Of a DNA stretch of 64,000 nucleotides, positions 51,342 to 61,081 are shown one piece after another (within the stretch, counting starts at the first letter, position 1; the number at the start of each line of letters is the position of its first letter). Both the position numbers and the translations under genes were made by a program. The stretch comes from Fidelibacterota bacterium (GTDB taxonomy: Bacteria; Fidelibacterota; UBA2242; JAFGTP01), in the NCBI GenBank assembly GCA_016934035.1, contig JAFGTP010000009.1, positions 1,459 to 65,458 on the forward strand, read 5' to 3'. The notes under the pieces are model-generated. The model was not told where the DNA came from, ran no database searches, and saw only the letters and a list, made by a program, of their open reading frames with translations.

Positions 51342-52370
51342 GTGGACGAAAAAAAATTAAAAATATTAATCATGCGGTTAAGCGCTTTGGGAGACATTGT
51401 CAACCTTACGGTAATTTTTTCAAAAGTACGTGAAAAATATCCAACGGCAGAGATCCACTTGGTCACAAAAAAACAATTTCGGCCCATTGTTGAGCCAAAT
51501 GATTATGAGATCAGGGTTATAGACTATGACACCGAAACCAGGTTGAAAGGCTGGCTTCAGCTTTGTCGCCGGCTTCAGCATGAAAATTATGATTGTTTTC
51601 TGGATATGCATGCAAATATGCGCAGTTGGATTTTAAAAAGACACCTCAACAATGTGAAAACCGCTCATTTTGTAAAACCTCGTATTCGGAGGTTTTTTCT
51701 GTTTTATTTAGGGCTGAATTTTTTTTCGAAATCCTTCACTCTGATCAGCGAATATCTCAAGGTCCTGAGGGTGATTGGTATTGATGAAAGTGAGGGCGAG
51801 ACAGAAATACTACTGGATGGCCAGGTCCGAAAGGAAGCTGAAAATCTTTTGTCCGGCTGTGGTGTTAATCGGAATTTTGTTGTGATTCTCCCCATTGCTG
51901 CCTGGAAAAATAAACGCTATGATTTAGAAAATTATAAAAAAGTATCCGAAATGATCATTGCTCAAAAGGACCTCCAGGTTGTCTGGCTGGGCGGCAAAGG
52001 TGATGATTATTTAATGGATATCAATTTTGATAGCAGAGATATCATAAAAATTATTGGAAAATCCTCTCTCACGATTTCTATGGCAATTTTAAATATGGCC
52101 GTAGCGGTTATTGGCAATGATACCGGACTGACCTATGCTGCCCAGGCCCTGGGAACACCATCCCTGATTATCATCGGACCCACATCCCGGGAAACCGGCG
52201 CCGGCCATATCCAAAAAGGCAGCCTGGTGCTAGAAAAAGAACTTTGGTGCCGGCCCTGCTCTCAAAAAGGCGATCGGAGATGTTATCGCCGGAAACAATA
52301 TTGCCTGGATTTTTCAGCCGCTGAAGTCTATCAAAAATTTCTAACCGTACTTTCCGGAGAAAGCAAATGA
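51342..52370 (+). CDS. Glycosyltransferase family 9 (LPS heptosyltransferase-like)
   Basis: RLSALGDIV, KNKRY, IGNDTGLTYAAQALGTP, ELWCRPC. Confidence 0.88.
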   Translation: MDEKKLKILIMRLSALGDIVNLTVIFSKVREKYPTAEIHLVTKKQFRPIVEPNDYEIRVIDYDTETRLKGWLQLCRRLQHENYDCFLDMHANMRSWILKRHLNNVKTAHFVKPRIRRFFLFYLGLNFFSKSFTLISEYLKVLRVIGIDESEGETEILLDGQVRKEAENLLSGCGVNRNFVVILPIAAWKNKRYDLENYKKVSEMIIAQKDLQVVWLGGKGDDYLMDINFDSRDIIKIIGKSSLTISMAILNMAVAVIGNDTGLTYAAQALGTPSLIIIGPTSRETGAGHIQKGSLVLEKELWCRPCSQKGDRRCYRRKQYCLDFSAAEVYQKFLTVLSGESK

Positions 52371-53641
52371 ATTTTATCTGGAATTCACTATACAATATTT
52401 TAATTGTGCATCTGGGTGTGTTTTTTTATCATGTTTTTTCAATCTTCAGTCAGAAAATGAGAAAAGGCATTGCCGGTCGCCGAAAAACCCTGGGAGAAAT
52501 AGAAAAACTCCGACGAAAATACCCGGATCAAAAACTATTTCTTTTTCATTCGGCATCCCTGGGCGAATATGAACAGGTAAAACCGGTGGTGAAAGGCATT
52601 AAGGAAAAGGCCAATGAAGTGATTGCTGTGGTCAGTTTTACGTCACCCAGTGGCTATGAAAATGCCGATCGCATTGAAGCCGTTGATCTCTATATCTATC
52701 TTCCTTTTGATACCTATTTTACCACACGAAAATTTTTACAATTATTAAGGCCAGATAAAATTATTTTTGTTACCTATGAATTGTGGCCCAATCTTCTGGC
52801 TGTGGCCAAAAAATTGGGTATTTCAACCTATCTCATATCGGCCCGTATCCGGTCAACCAGCAGAAAATGGAAGTTCTATACCAAAAACTATTTTGCTTCC
52901 CTATATCGGTCAGTCGATTTTATCTTTTCCGTTACCGATGATGACAAATACGAACTGGAAAAAATTTTGAAAGATGATAAAAAGGTGATCAAAACACTGG
53001 GTGATCCACGTTACGACCAGGTGATTCAGCGGTCAGAAAAACGAAATACAAAAAATATTCCGAGGTTTTTTGACGAAGGCTTTATCATCAGCGCAGGTAG
53101 TGTCTGGGAACAGGACCTGGCTGTCATTACCCGGCCCATGATTGAATTATTGAAAACAAATCCTCAGGTTAAATTGATTATTGCGCCCCATGAAACCGAT
53201 GATGGTCATGTCGTTCCGATTATTAATGATTTTTCATCAGCAGGCCTCCCGGTTTCCCGCTATTCGGAAATGTCTGGCCAATGTGAAACCCAGGTGCTGG
53301 TAGTAGACCGGATTGGCATTCTGGCTGAACTCTATCATCAATCCCATCTCGCTTTTGTCGGAGGCAGTTTTAAGAAAGCCATTCATAATGTCATGGAGCC
53401 GGCCATTGCCGGAATTCCTGTGATTTTCGGCCCCTTTTATCAGAATTCCAGGGAAGCTCAACTTCTGGTAAAAATGGAGGGCGGTTTCTCTCTGACTACG
53501 GGTGATGCGTTTCTGTCGAAAGTAAAAGAGTTGATGAAGAACCCTGAAAACTACCAGCGGATTGCCAGGGCTTCCAAAAATGTCATTCTCAGCAATAAGG
53601 GAGCCGGTGAAAAGATTGTTATGGAGATTTTAAAAGATTGA
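52367..53641 (+). CDS. waaA: 3-deoxy-D-manno-octulosonate (Kdo) transferase
   Basis: FHSASLGE, YLPFD, ELWPN, GDPRYD, IAPH, DRIGILAELY, FVGGSF, HNVMEPA. Confidence 0.92.
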   Translation: MNFIWNSLYNILIVHLGVFFYHVFSIFSQKMRKGIAGRRKTLGEIEKLRRKYPDQKLFLFHSASLGEYEQVKPVVKGIKEKANEVIAVVSFTSPSGYENADRIEAVDLYIYLPFDTYFTTRKFLQLLRPDKIIFVTYELWPNLLAVAKKLGISTYLISARIRSTSRKWKFYTKNYFASLYRSVDFIFSVTDDDKYELEKILKDDKKVIKTLGDPRYDQVIQRSEKRNTKNIPRFFDEGFIISAGSVWEQDLAVITRPMIELLKTNPQVKLIIAPHETDDGHVVPIINDFSSAGLPVSRYSEMSGQCETQVLVVDRIGILAELYHQSHLAFVGGSFKKAIHNVMEPAIAGIPVIFGPFYQNSREAQLLVKMEGGFSLTTGDAFLSKVKELMKNPENYQRIARASKNVILSNKGAGEKIVMEILKD

Positions 53642-54318
53642 TGAATATTTGTTTAAAAGAGGTCAGTTTTACATACCAAAATCATTTTACCTTAAATATC
53701 GATCTTGAAATACCCGCCAACAGCTGGACTATGATTGTAGGAAAAAACGGCGCCGGCAAATCAACATTGCTGAAACTGCTGGCCGGTGTGATTCAACCGG
53801 ATCAAGGCACCCTTTCTTTCGGTCCTTCACGGGTTGGCTATATTTTTCAAAATCCTGACGACCAGATCATCCAGCTGAGCCTTGCCAAAGAATTGGCTTT
53901 TGATCTGGAAAACCTTGGTCTGCCGGTGCAGCAGATTGAAAATAAAATTACAGATTTTTTAAGGGAATACGATTTTCAGGGAAGGTCGGAACAATCGCCC
54001 AATACACTCTCGGGCGGAGAAAAACAACGGCTGGCCCTCGCCTCAACGCTGATCAGCGACCCGGATATTTTGGTCTTTGATGAACCCACTGCATTTTTGG
54101 ATTACAGGCAAAAAGAAAAACTCTACCAAAAAATTGAAATGCTGAAAAAAAATAAATCCATCCTCTGGGTAACCCATGAACTGGACGAATTGTTTTTAGC
54201 CGATTCCATTATTGAAATGGAACAGGGTCAAATCTCCTTCAAAGGGAGCCGGGAACAATACTTAAAACGATTGTCTGAAATACCCTTTATCAGGAAACAT
54301 TATCTCTCATGCATCTGA
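53638..54318 (+). CDS. ECF-type ABC transporter ATPase (EcfA1-like)
   Basis: GKNGAGKST, FQNPDDQ, LSGGEKQR, VFDEPT, VTH. Confidence 0.85.
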   Translation: MMNICLKEVSFTYQNHFTLNIDLEIPANSWTMIVGKNGAGKSTLLKLLAGVIQPDQGTLSFGPSRVGYIFQNPDDQIIQLSLAKELAFDLENLGLPVQQIENKITDFLREYDFQGRSEQSPNTLSGGEKQRLALASTLISDPDILVFDEPTAFLDYRQKEKLYQKIEMLKKNKSILWVTHELDELFLADSIIEMEQGQISFKGSREQYLKRLSEIPFIRKHYLSCI

Positions 54319-55010
54319 AAATTAATCATCTTGAATATCAGTATTCGAATAATCAAAATTTTAAACTGGAAATCGAAAAGGCCGATGTTTTCCTTGATGA
54401 AAGCCTTGGGATTTACGGATTATCTGGTTCTGGCAAAACGACACTGGGTAAAATTATGGGCGGATTGCTGAAAACCACCGCAATTGATTTTTTCGGTGCT
54501 GAAGTGTTGTATTTGCCACAGGTGGCAGAAAACCTGCTTCTGGGGACTTCTGTCCGGCAGACCCTGAAAATAATATCAGAATGGAAATCCCGGACTTTTG
54601 AAGAAAATTTTGCGATGCACTTGCAAAAATTTGGCCTTCAACTTTCGAATATAGAAAATAAACATGGATTTGAACTCAGTGCCGGTGAATTGCGCATCAT
54701 CTCACTCAGCCTTGCTTTCTCGTACGAAACCGATATTCTGGTCCTTGATGAACCCAGTATCGGGCTGGATTGGTCTGCCCGGATTGAGCTGATCCGGCAA
54801 CTACAAAATTTTAAAAAGCCATTGGTGCTGATATCCCATGATTATGAAATGCTGAGAAAATTATGCGCCAGGGTCTGGATTATGGACCGGGGAAAACTAG
54901 TTTTTCAGGGAGACTTTTATCAATTGGAAAAGAATGATAAATTATGCAGTGAAACTGGAATCAATTTTTACAAGAATTTAGTTAAAAAGAGAAAATTGTT
55001 ATTAAGTTAG
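54309..55010 (+). CDS. ABC transporter ATPase (EcfA2-like, divergent)
   Basis: GLSGSGKTT, LSAGE, VLDEPSIGLD, ISHD. Confidence 0.78.
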   Translation: MHLKINHLEYQYSNNQNFKLEIEKADVFLDESLGIYGLSGSGKTTLGKIMGGLLKTTAIDFFGAEVLYLPQVAENLLLGTSVRQTLKIISEWKSRTFEENFAMHLQKFGLQLSNIENKHGFELSAGELRIISLSLAFSYETDILVLDEPSIGLDWSARIELIRQLQNFKKPLVLISHDYEMLRKLCARVWIMDRGKLVFQGDFYQLEKNDKLCSETGINFYKNLVKKRKLLLS

Positions 55011-55018
55011 GAGAATAT

Positions 55019-56512
55019 TTGAGCAAACAAATCAAAGAACCGCTAAATACCCGGGAAGCAGACAAAATTATCACTGTATCCAATCTGATTTCCTTGTTTC
55101 GTGCTTTTCTGGCCCTGCCCATTATCTATTTTTTAAAAACCGGTGATATGGAAAATGCCTTGATTGTAATAATTGTGGCTATCATCACAGACCTACTGGA
55201 CGGCTGGATTGCCCGTGTTGCAAATTCTATCACGCACCTTGGCAAGATCCTGGACCCCTTTGCTGACAAGGTCGTGATTTTTAGTGTAATGATCTATATG
55301 GTGCTGGAAGTTGAAGAATTTCCACTATGGTTTTTGGTTTTCCTGATGAGCCGGGATTTTATCATTTCAGTCCTTGGCATGACCATGTTGAATAAAAGAA
55401 AAGTATCGCCGATGGCCAACAAAATGGGGAAAGTATCCATTGTTTTTACTTCCGCAGTCATTCTTTCCTATCTTTATTCAGGTCAATATTTTTCCGTAAA
55501 TATCAACCAGCCTTTACTTTACACAACTGTTGCCTTTCAAATCATTTCCCTCATTCAATATGTTGTCACCTATGTCAATATTATTCACAAAGGTGAAGCT
55601 GCCTGCAAAAAACCGGGAAAACAAGGAACTTCCAAACTGAGTCTGGGCCTGGCCAAAACTGAAATAGGAATTGCCGCCCGGTTGCCGTTGATCCGGAAAT
55701 TTTTCAAGGTTGACGAAGATGTGCTTGGCCAGATTGAAGAAACACTGCTGACGGCAGATATGGGGGTTGACCTGACGGAAAAGTTGATTGAAAAGCTGCG
55801 CAAAGTCAACAAAACAGAGGAGACAGAACTAAAAGAAATCCTCAAAGAAGAAATGAAAAAACTGATTCATCATAGTCCGTCGGAAAAAGAGGAAACAATA
55901 AAACCCAGTGTGATCTTTTTTATTGGAATCAACGGAACCGGAAAAACAACTACCATCGGGAAGTTGGCTAATAAATTTAAAAATGAAGGAAAAAATATTC
56001 TGCTGGCTGCGGCCGATACCTTCCGGGCGGCGGCCTATGAACAATTGGAAGTCTGGGCCCAAAGAGCCGGGGTGGACTTCGCCGGTGCCAGTGACGCAAC
56101 AGACCCGGCAGCCATTGCCTTTGATGCTGTCAGACGCGCCATAGATGAAAAAAAAGATATTCTGCTGGTTGACACTGCGGGAAGGCTTCATACCAAATCC
56201 AACCTGATGGAAGAACTTAAAAAAGTGAAGCGGGTTGTTGACAAGGCCCTGCCAGGCGCACCCCATGAAATCTGGCTGGTAATTGACGCCAATATCGGGC
56301 AAAACGGAATTGTCCAGGCCCAAAAATTTATGGAAGCTGTCGGCGTGACCGGACTCATCCTGACAAAACTCGATGGCACCGCCAAAGGAGGCGCAGTTCT
56401 GGCTATTCATGACCAACTCAATATTCCGATTAAATATCTGGGGGTTGGCGAAAAACTCGATGATATTCTGGAATTTGAACCCACAGCTTTTATTGATGAA
56501 TTATTAAGTTAA
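55019..56512 (+). CDS. ftsY: CDP-alcohol phosphatidyltransferase (PgsA-like) fused to SRP receptor FtsY
   Basis: aa 1-190: DLLDGWIAR-x8-G-x3-D-x3-D motif and TM helices. aa about 205-497: FtsY NG domain (GINGTGKTTT, DTFRAAA, DTAGR, TKLDGTAKGG). Single frame; SD AGGAGA before TTG. Confidence 0.92.
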   Translation: MSKQIKEPLNTREADKIITVSNLISLFRAFLALPIIYFLKTGDMENALIVIIVAIITDLLDGWIARVANSITHLGKILDPFADKVVIFSVMIYMVLEVEEFPLWFLVFLMSRDFIISVLGMTMLNKRKVSPMANKMGKVSIVFTSAVILSYLYSGQYFSVNINQPLLYTTVAFQIISLIQYVVTYVNIIHKGEAACKKPGKQGTSKLSLGLAKTEIGIAARLPLIRKFFKVDEDVLGQIEETLLTADMGVDLTEKLIEKLRKVNKTEETELKEILKEEMKKLIHHSPSEKEETIKPSVIFFIGINGTGKTTTIGKLANKFKNEGKNILLAAADTFRAAAYEQLEVWAQRAGVDFAGASDATDPAAIAFDAVRRAIDEKKDILLVDTAGRLHTKSNLMEELKKVKRVVDKALPGAPHEIWLVIDANIGQNGIVQAQKFMEAVGVTGLILTKLDGTAKGGAVLAIHDQLNIPIKYLGVGEKLDDILEFEPTAFIDELLS

Positions 56513-56602
56513 CCACCTGGATTTAAAAATTCGGGTTAGTCGAACCGACAGCAAAGTGGAATCAGATTATAAATAGCGTTCTTTGCGGTTAAAAAGGAAT
56601 AA

Positions 56603-57889
56603 ATGAAAAAATATACCATCATATCACTGGGATGCCCCAAAAATACAGTGGATTCCGAAGTGCTGAAAGGCAGCCTGAACCGTATTGGCTTTACTTTTAC
56701 AGAGGATGTGGAGACTGCTGAAATCATTATTATCAATACCTGTGGTTTTATCAAAGATGCCAAAGAGGAATCTATTGAAACAATCCTGGAAGCAGCGGAA
56801 CTGAAAAAGGAGGACCCAAATAAAAAAGTCATTGCCTTTGGGTGTCTCACTGAAAGATATCATGATGAACTAGTGAAGGAAATGCCGGAAGTGGATGCTG
56901 TATTTGGAATTGATTCTCAGGCTGAAATCATCAGGTATCTGACCCGGGAGCGCTTTACCCTTCCTGATATTGCCACTGTTCGCGACCTGATGACACCACC
57001 CTACCAGGCTTATCTCAAAATCGCAGAAGGTTGTGATAACAAGTGCGCCTTTTGCGCCATTCCCGGCATACGCGGACCGCAGCATAGCCGAACCATCGAA
57101 GATATACTTCGAGAAGCAGAATATCTGCAACAAAAAGGCGTCAAGGAAGTCGTGCTGACAGCCCAGGATTTGACCCGCTTCGGCCGAGACAATTACGGCA
57201 CATTGAAACTCTTTGAGCTGGCAGACGAGTTGCTCCGGGGACGGTTTTTTCATTGGGTGCGCATCATGTACACCAATCCGGATTTCTGGAACCCGCAATT
57301 GCTCGAACTTTACAATAAATATCCGGAACTCTGCCGATATCTAGACATTCCCGTTCAACATGCTGCGGACCGAATTTTAAAATTGATGAACCGCGGCAGG
57401 AAATCGGCGCAGATCAGAAACATCATTACTGAAATCAGAAAGCAGGTCCCCGACATGGCGATACGCACTTCCATCATTACCGGATTCCCGACAGAAAGCG
57501 AAGATGATTTCATTGAACTTCTGGATTTTGTGGAGGAAATGAGATTTGAACGGCTGGGTGTGTTTACCTATTCCGAAGAGGAGGAGACCCAGGCGGCAGA
57601 AATGAACGATGATGTACCGGAAGAAGAAAAAGAGCGCCGCCGGGAGTTACTGATGGAGACCCAATATGACATTGCTTCAGATTTTGCCAAATCAAAAGTC
57701 GGACAAGAAATTGAGGTGATGATTGAAAAAGAAGACAAGGGCCATTACATCGGCCGGACGATGTGGGACGCGCCGGAGGTGGACTGTTTTGCGTTGGTGA
57801 AAAGCAACCGGGAACTTCAACCTGGTGAGTTTTGTAAGATAAAAGTAATAAAAAATATCAATATGGACCTATACGGAGAAAATATATAA
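56603..57889 (+). CDS. rimO: Ribosomal protein S12 methylthiotransferase
   Basis: LGCPKNTVDSE, INTCGFI, EGCDNKCAFCAIP, FTYSEEE, DAPEVD. Confidence 0.95.
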   Translation: MKKYTIISLGCPKNTVDSEVLKGSLNRIGFTFTEDVETAEIIIINTCGFIKDAKEESIETILEAAELKKEDPNKKVIAFGCLTERYHDELVKEMPEVDAVFGIDSQAEIIRYLTRERFTLPDIATVRDLMTPPYQAYLKIAEGCDNKCAFCAIPGIRGPQHSRTIEDILREAEYLQQKGVKEVVLTAQDLTRFGRDNYGTLKLFELADELLRGRFFHWVRIMYTNPDFWNPQLLELYNKYPELCRYLDIPVQHAADRILKLMNRGRKSAQIRNIITEIRKQVPDMAIRTSIITGFPTESEDDFIELLDFVEEMRFERLGVFTYSEEEETQAAEMNDDVPEEEKERRRELLMETQYDIASDFAKSKVGQEIEVMIEKEDKGHYIGRTMWDAPEVDCFALVKSNRELQPGEFCKIKVIKNINMDLYGENI

Positions 57890-57900
57890 GAGGGGAAAAC

Positions 57901-58965
57901 ATGAAAGCATTAATTACAGCCGGCGGACACGGCACACGACTCAGACCGATTACTCACACACAAAATAAACATTTGATTCCAATCGCCAACAAACCAATTC
58001 TCAACTATGCCCTGGAATATGTCAAAGAAGCCGGTATAATGGAAGTCGGTATCATCACCAATAAAGATGGTTCGGAAGTAAAAGAAGTGTATGGCGATGG
58101 CAGCGGGATGGGCCTGAAAATTACCTACATTCCCCAGGAAAGGCCCAGCGGGCTGGCAGATTGTATTCGTATTGCCCAGCCATTCCTGAACAATGAACCC
58201 TTTGTCTTTTACCTGGGTGATAATATCATCGTTGGTGGAATCAAACGGTTTATTGATGAATTCAGAAGCATGGGCTCCAATTGCCACCTGGTGCTATCCA
58301 AAGTTCCGGACCCGGAAAGATTTGGTGTTCCGGAATTAATTGGCAACCGGATTGTGTCCATCGAAGAAAAACCCAAAGTACCTAAAAGTGAATATGCTGT
58401 CACCGGTATTTACATTTATGATGAAAATATTTTTGAAGCCGTCAATGCAATTCAGCCCAGCGCCCGGGGGGAATTGGAAATCTCAGACGCCAATCAGTAT
58501 TTGCTGAATAAAAAACTGAAAGTCACCTATTCTGAAATTACCGGCTGGTGGAAAGATACCGGAAAACCTGATGATCTGTTGGAAGCGAACCGGCTGGTGT
58601 TGGACAATATCAAAGGGAATATCCTGGGAAGAGTCGACGAAGAGTCCCATATCAACGGGCGTGTTATCATCGAAGAAGGTGCGGAAATCATCAAAAGCAA
58701 TATACGCGGCCCGGTGATGATTGGGAAAAATACAAAAATTGAAAACAGCTATATCGGTCCCTATACGGCTATCTATAATAATTGTTATATAAAAAGTTCC
58801 GAAGTGGAATTTAGCATCGTCTCGTCCGGATGTGAAATTTTGGATCAGGACGTACGGATCGAAGATAGTATTCTGGGCGAAAATGTTTCCATGAAAAAGG
58901 TGGTCAGCCGTCCCAGAGTCAACCGCTTCATCATCGGAGAAGGTTCCAATATTCGCCATTGCTAA
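57901..58965 (+). CDS. Glucose-1-phosphate thymidylyltransferase (long form)
   Basis: AGGHGTRLRP, KHLIP, YLGDN, IEEKP, SARGELEISDA, WWKDTG, C-terminal beta-helix. Confidence 0.88.
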   Translation: MKALITAGGHGTRLRPITHTQNKHLIPIANKPILNYALEYVKEAGIMEVGIITNKDGSEVKEVYGDGSGMGLKITYIPQERPSGLADCIRIAQPFLNNEPFVFYLGDNIIVGGIKRFIDEFRSMGSNCHLVLSKVPDPERFGVPELIGNRIVSIEEKPKVPKSEYAVTGIYIYDENIFEAVNAIQPSARGELEISDANQYLLNKKLKVTYSEITGWWKDTGKPDDLLEANRLVLDNIKGNILGRVDEESHINGRVIIEEGAEIIKSNIRGPVMIGKNTKIENSYIGPYTAIYNNCYIKSSEVEFSIVSSGCEILDQDVRIEDSILGENVSMKKVVSRPRVNRFIIGEGSNIRHC

Positions 58966-59032
58966 AAAAATGGAACGGGGAATTGATTCGGCCTATAAAA
59001 AATTAAAAAAGAGGTTGTCTCATAATTTCGAA

Positions 59033-59107
59033 GCTGTCATGTTGAACCAAATGAAGTATCCCTCATTCCAAGTCACCGGGATTCTTCACGAAGTTCGGAA
59101 TGACAGC
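59033..59107. repeat. Solitary palindromic REP-like element
   Basis: Termini GCTGTCAT/ATGACAGC with GGATTCTTCACGAAGTTCGGAATGACA, resembling from memory a widespread TGTCAT...GATTCTTC...AATGACA repeat family. Confidence 0.5.
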
Positions 59108-59136
59108 AATAAAAATTACAAGCCAGCCTCTTTTGA

Positions 59137-60456
59137 TTGAAAATAATGAATTATAAAAATAAGAAAGTATCCTTTCGCGTTCTTGGCTGCCGACTCAATC
59201 AATCGGAAGTTGCCAGTCTGAAGAATCAATTTGCCCACAGAGGCTATAGGGTAGTGGGCAGTGATGATGTTGCCGATATTACGATCATCAATTCCTGTGC
59301 GGTCACCACCCAAGCGGAAGCCAAGACCCGGGCTGAGATAACGGCTGCCGCTAAAGTTTCACCCAAAGGAAAAATAATACTCACCGGTTGCTATGCCCAG
59401 GAAAAAAAAGCCGACCTACTGAATCTTAAAAATGTTCATATGGTGATTGGTAATCTTGAGAAAACCCGACTGGTTGAGTTTGTTGAGAATATGGATCAAT
59501 GGGCAAATAAAGCTGAAGTGGCTGATGTCAATGACCCGCGATTAGTCCAGTCTCATGATTATTACACTTTTTCCCAGGACAGCATTGCGGAAACAGACCG
59601 CACTCGCGCTTTTGTAAAAATTCAGGATGGGTGTAATTATTTCTGTACCTATTGCATTATTCCCTTTTTACGGGGAAGAGTTCGGTCACGGAAAAGTGAT
59701 GAAATTTTGCAGGAAGTAATGGCTCTGGAACAAAAAGGCTATAAGGAAATCGTTCTTTCGGGAATTAACATCGGAACCTACAAGCAGGATGAAGATTTTG
59801 ATCTGACTGCGCTTTTAAGGTCATTATTGGAAAACACATCCACAACCAGGTTTCGTCTCAGTTCCATTGAGCCAAATCTTATTACGGGTGAAATGATAAT
59901 GCTGATGAAGGTCAGCACCAGATTATGCAATTATTTTCATATTCCCTTACAGCATGGCTCGGATAAAATCCTCAAATTGATGAACCGGAAATATAATCTG
60001 GATGATTTTGCTGAAGTCATAACAAAAATCAGAAGAGCAATTCCTAATATCGCGATCGGAACCGATGCAATTGTTGGATTCCCTGGAGAAGATGAAGAAG
60101 ATTTTCAGGGAATGTACGATTTTATCCAGAAATATGAGTTCCCCTTTTTACACATTTTTCGCTATTCCAAAAGGGATGGAACAAAGGCAGCCAAAATGCC
60201 TCACCAGGTCAGAGATATTGATAAGAAAAACCGCTCAGCAAAACTGAGAAAATTAGGTGATCAACTTCAGGAAAATTACATCAAAAAATTTCTGAATAAA
60301 GAATTGGATGTCCTTTTTGAATCACCATCAGGAGGAAATTCTGATAACTTTGTCTATGTAAAAGTTAATTCCGACAAAGATTTGACTAATGAGATGAAAA
60401 AGGTTAAAATAACCAAAGTTTTTAAATCACAAGCAGAGGGTGTCATCATTGAGTAA
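59137..60456 (+). CDS. mtaB: tRNA t6A37 methylthiotransferase
   Basis: LGCRLNQSE, INSCAVT, KIQDGCNYFCTYC, RFRLSSIEP, HIFRYSKR. Confidence 0.93.
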   Translation: MKIMNYKNKKVSFRVLGCRLNQSEVASLKNQFAHRGYRVVGSDDVADITIINSCAVTTQAEAKTRAEITAAAKVSPKGKIILTGCYAQEKKADLLNLKNVHMVIGNLEKTRLVEFVENMDQWANKAEVADVNDPRLVQSHDYYTFSQDSIAETDRTRAFVKIQDGCNYFCTYCIIPFLRGRVRSRKSDEILQEVMALEQKGYKEIVLSGINIGTYKQDEDFDLTALLRSLLENTSTTRFRLSSIEPNLITGEMIMLMKVSTRLCNYFHIPLQHGSDKILKLMNRKYNLDDFAEVITKIRRAIPNIAIGTDAIVGFPGEDEEDFQGMYDFIQKYEFPFLHIFRYSKRDGTKAAKMPHQVRDIDKKNRSAKLRKLGDQLQENYIKKFLNKELDVLFESPSGGNSDNFVYVKVNSDKDLTNEMKKVKITKVFKSQAEGVIIE

Positions 60457-61078
60457 AAAAGAATATTTTGTAGGTGTGGCAGGAAATATCGGCGTTGGCA
60501 AGACAACCATGACCGACATCATTGCAGACCACTTCGGCTGGAAATCCTATTATGAATCAGTCATCGACAATCCCTATCTGGATAAATTTTATCACGACAT
60601 GAAACGGTGGAGCTTTCATCTGCAAATCTATTTCCTGTCTAACAGGTTCAGGACACACAAGCAAATGATAGAAAATTCCGGCTCTGCCATCCAGGACCGG
60701 ACAATCTATGAAGATGTGGAGATCTTTGCCCGAAATCTCCATGAGATGGGCAATATGGATAAAACTGACTGGGACAATTATCGCTCCCTGTTTACCGAAA
60801 TGACCGCCTACCTGAAAAAACCGGACCTAATCATCTACCTGAAAGCCAGTGTTGATACACTCATTACCCGTATTAAAAAACGTTCCCGCGATTATGAGAA
60901 GACCATTGATCCGGAATATCTCTATCGACTCAATGTTTCCTATGATCAATGGATCAAGAGGGAACAGGAACGCAACAAAGTCATGATCATTGAGACCGAC
61001 GATTTCAATGTCTTCGAGCATAAAGACCAGTTGAATGCTTACTTTGAAGAGATCAGACAACGATTGGGGATGGAGTAA
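60440..61078 (+). CDS. Deoxynucleoside kinase
   Basis: AGNIGVGKTT, YLDKFY, LQIYFL, QDRTIYED, RIKKR. Confidence 0.92.
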   Translation: MSSLSKKEYFVGVAGNIGVGKTTMTDIIADHFGWKSYYESVIDNPYLDKFYHDMKRWSFHLQIYFLSNRFRTHKQMIENSGSAIQDRTIYEDVEIFARNLHEMGNMDKTDWDNYRSLFTEMTAYLKKPDLIIYLKASVDTLITRIKKRSRDYEKTIDPEYLYRLNVSYDQWIKREQERNKVMIIETDDFNVFEHKDQLNAYFEEIRQRLGME

Positions 61079-61081
61079 TCT

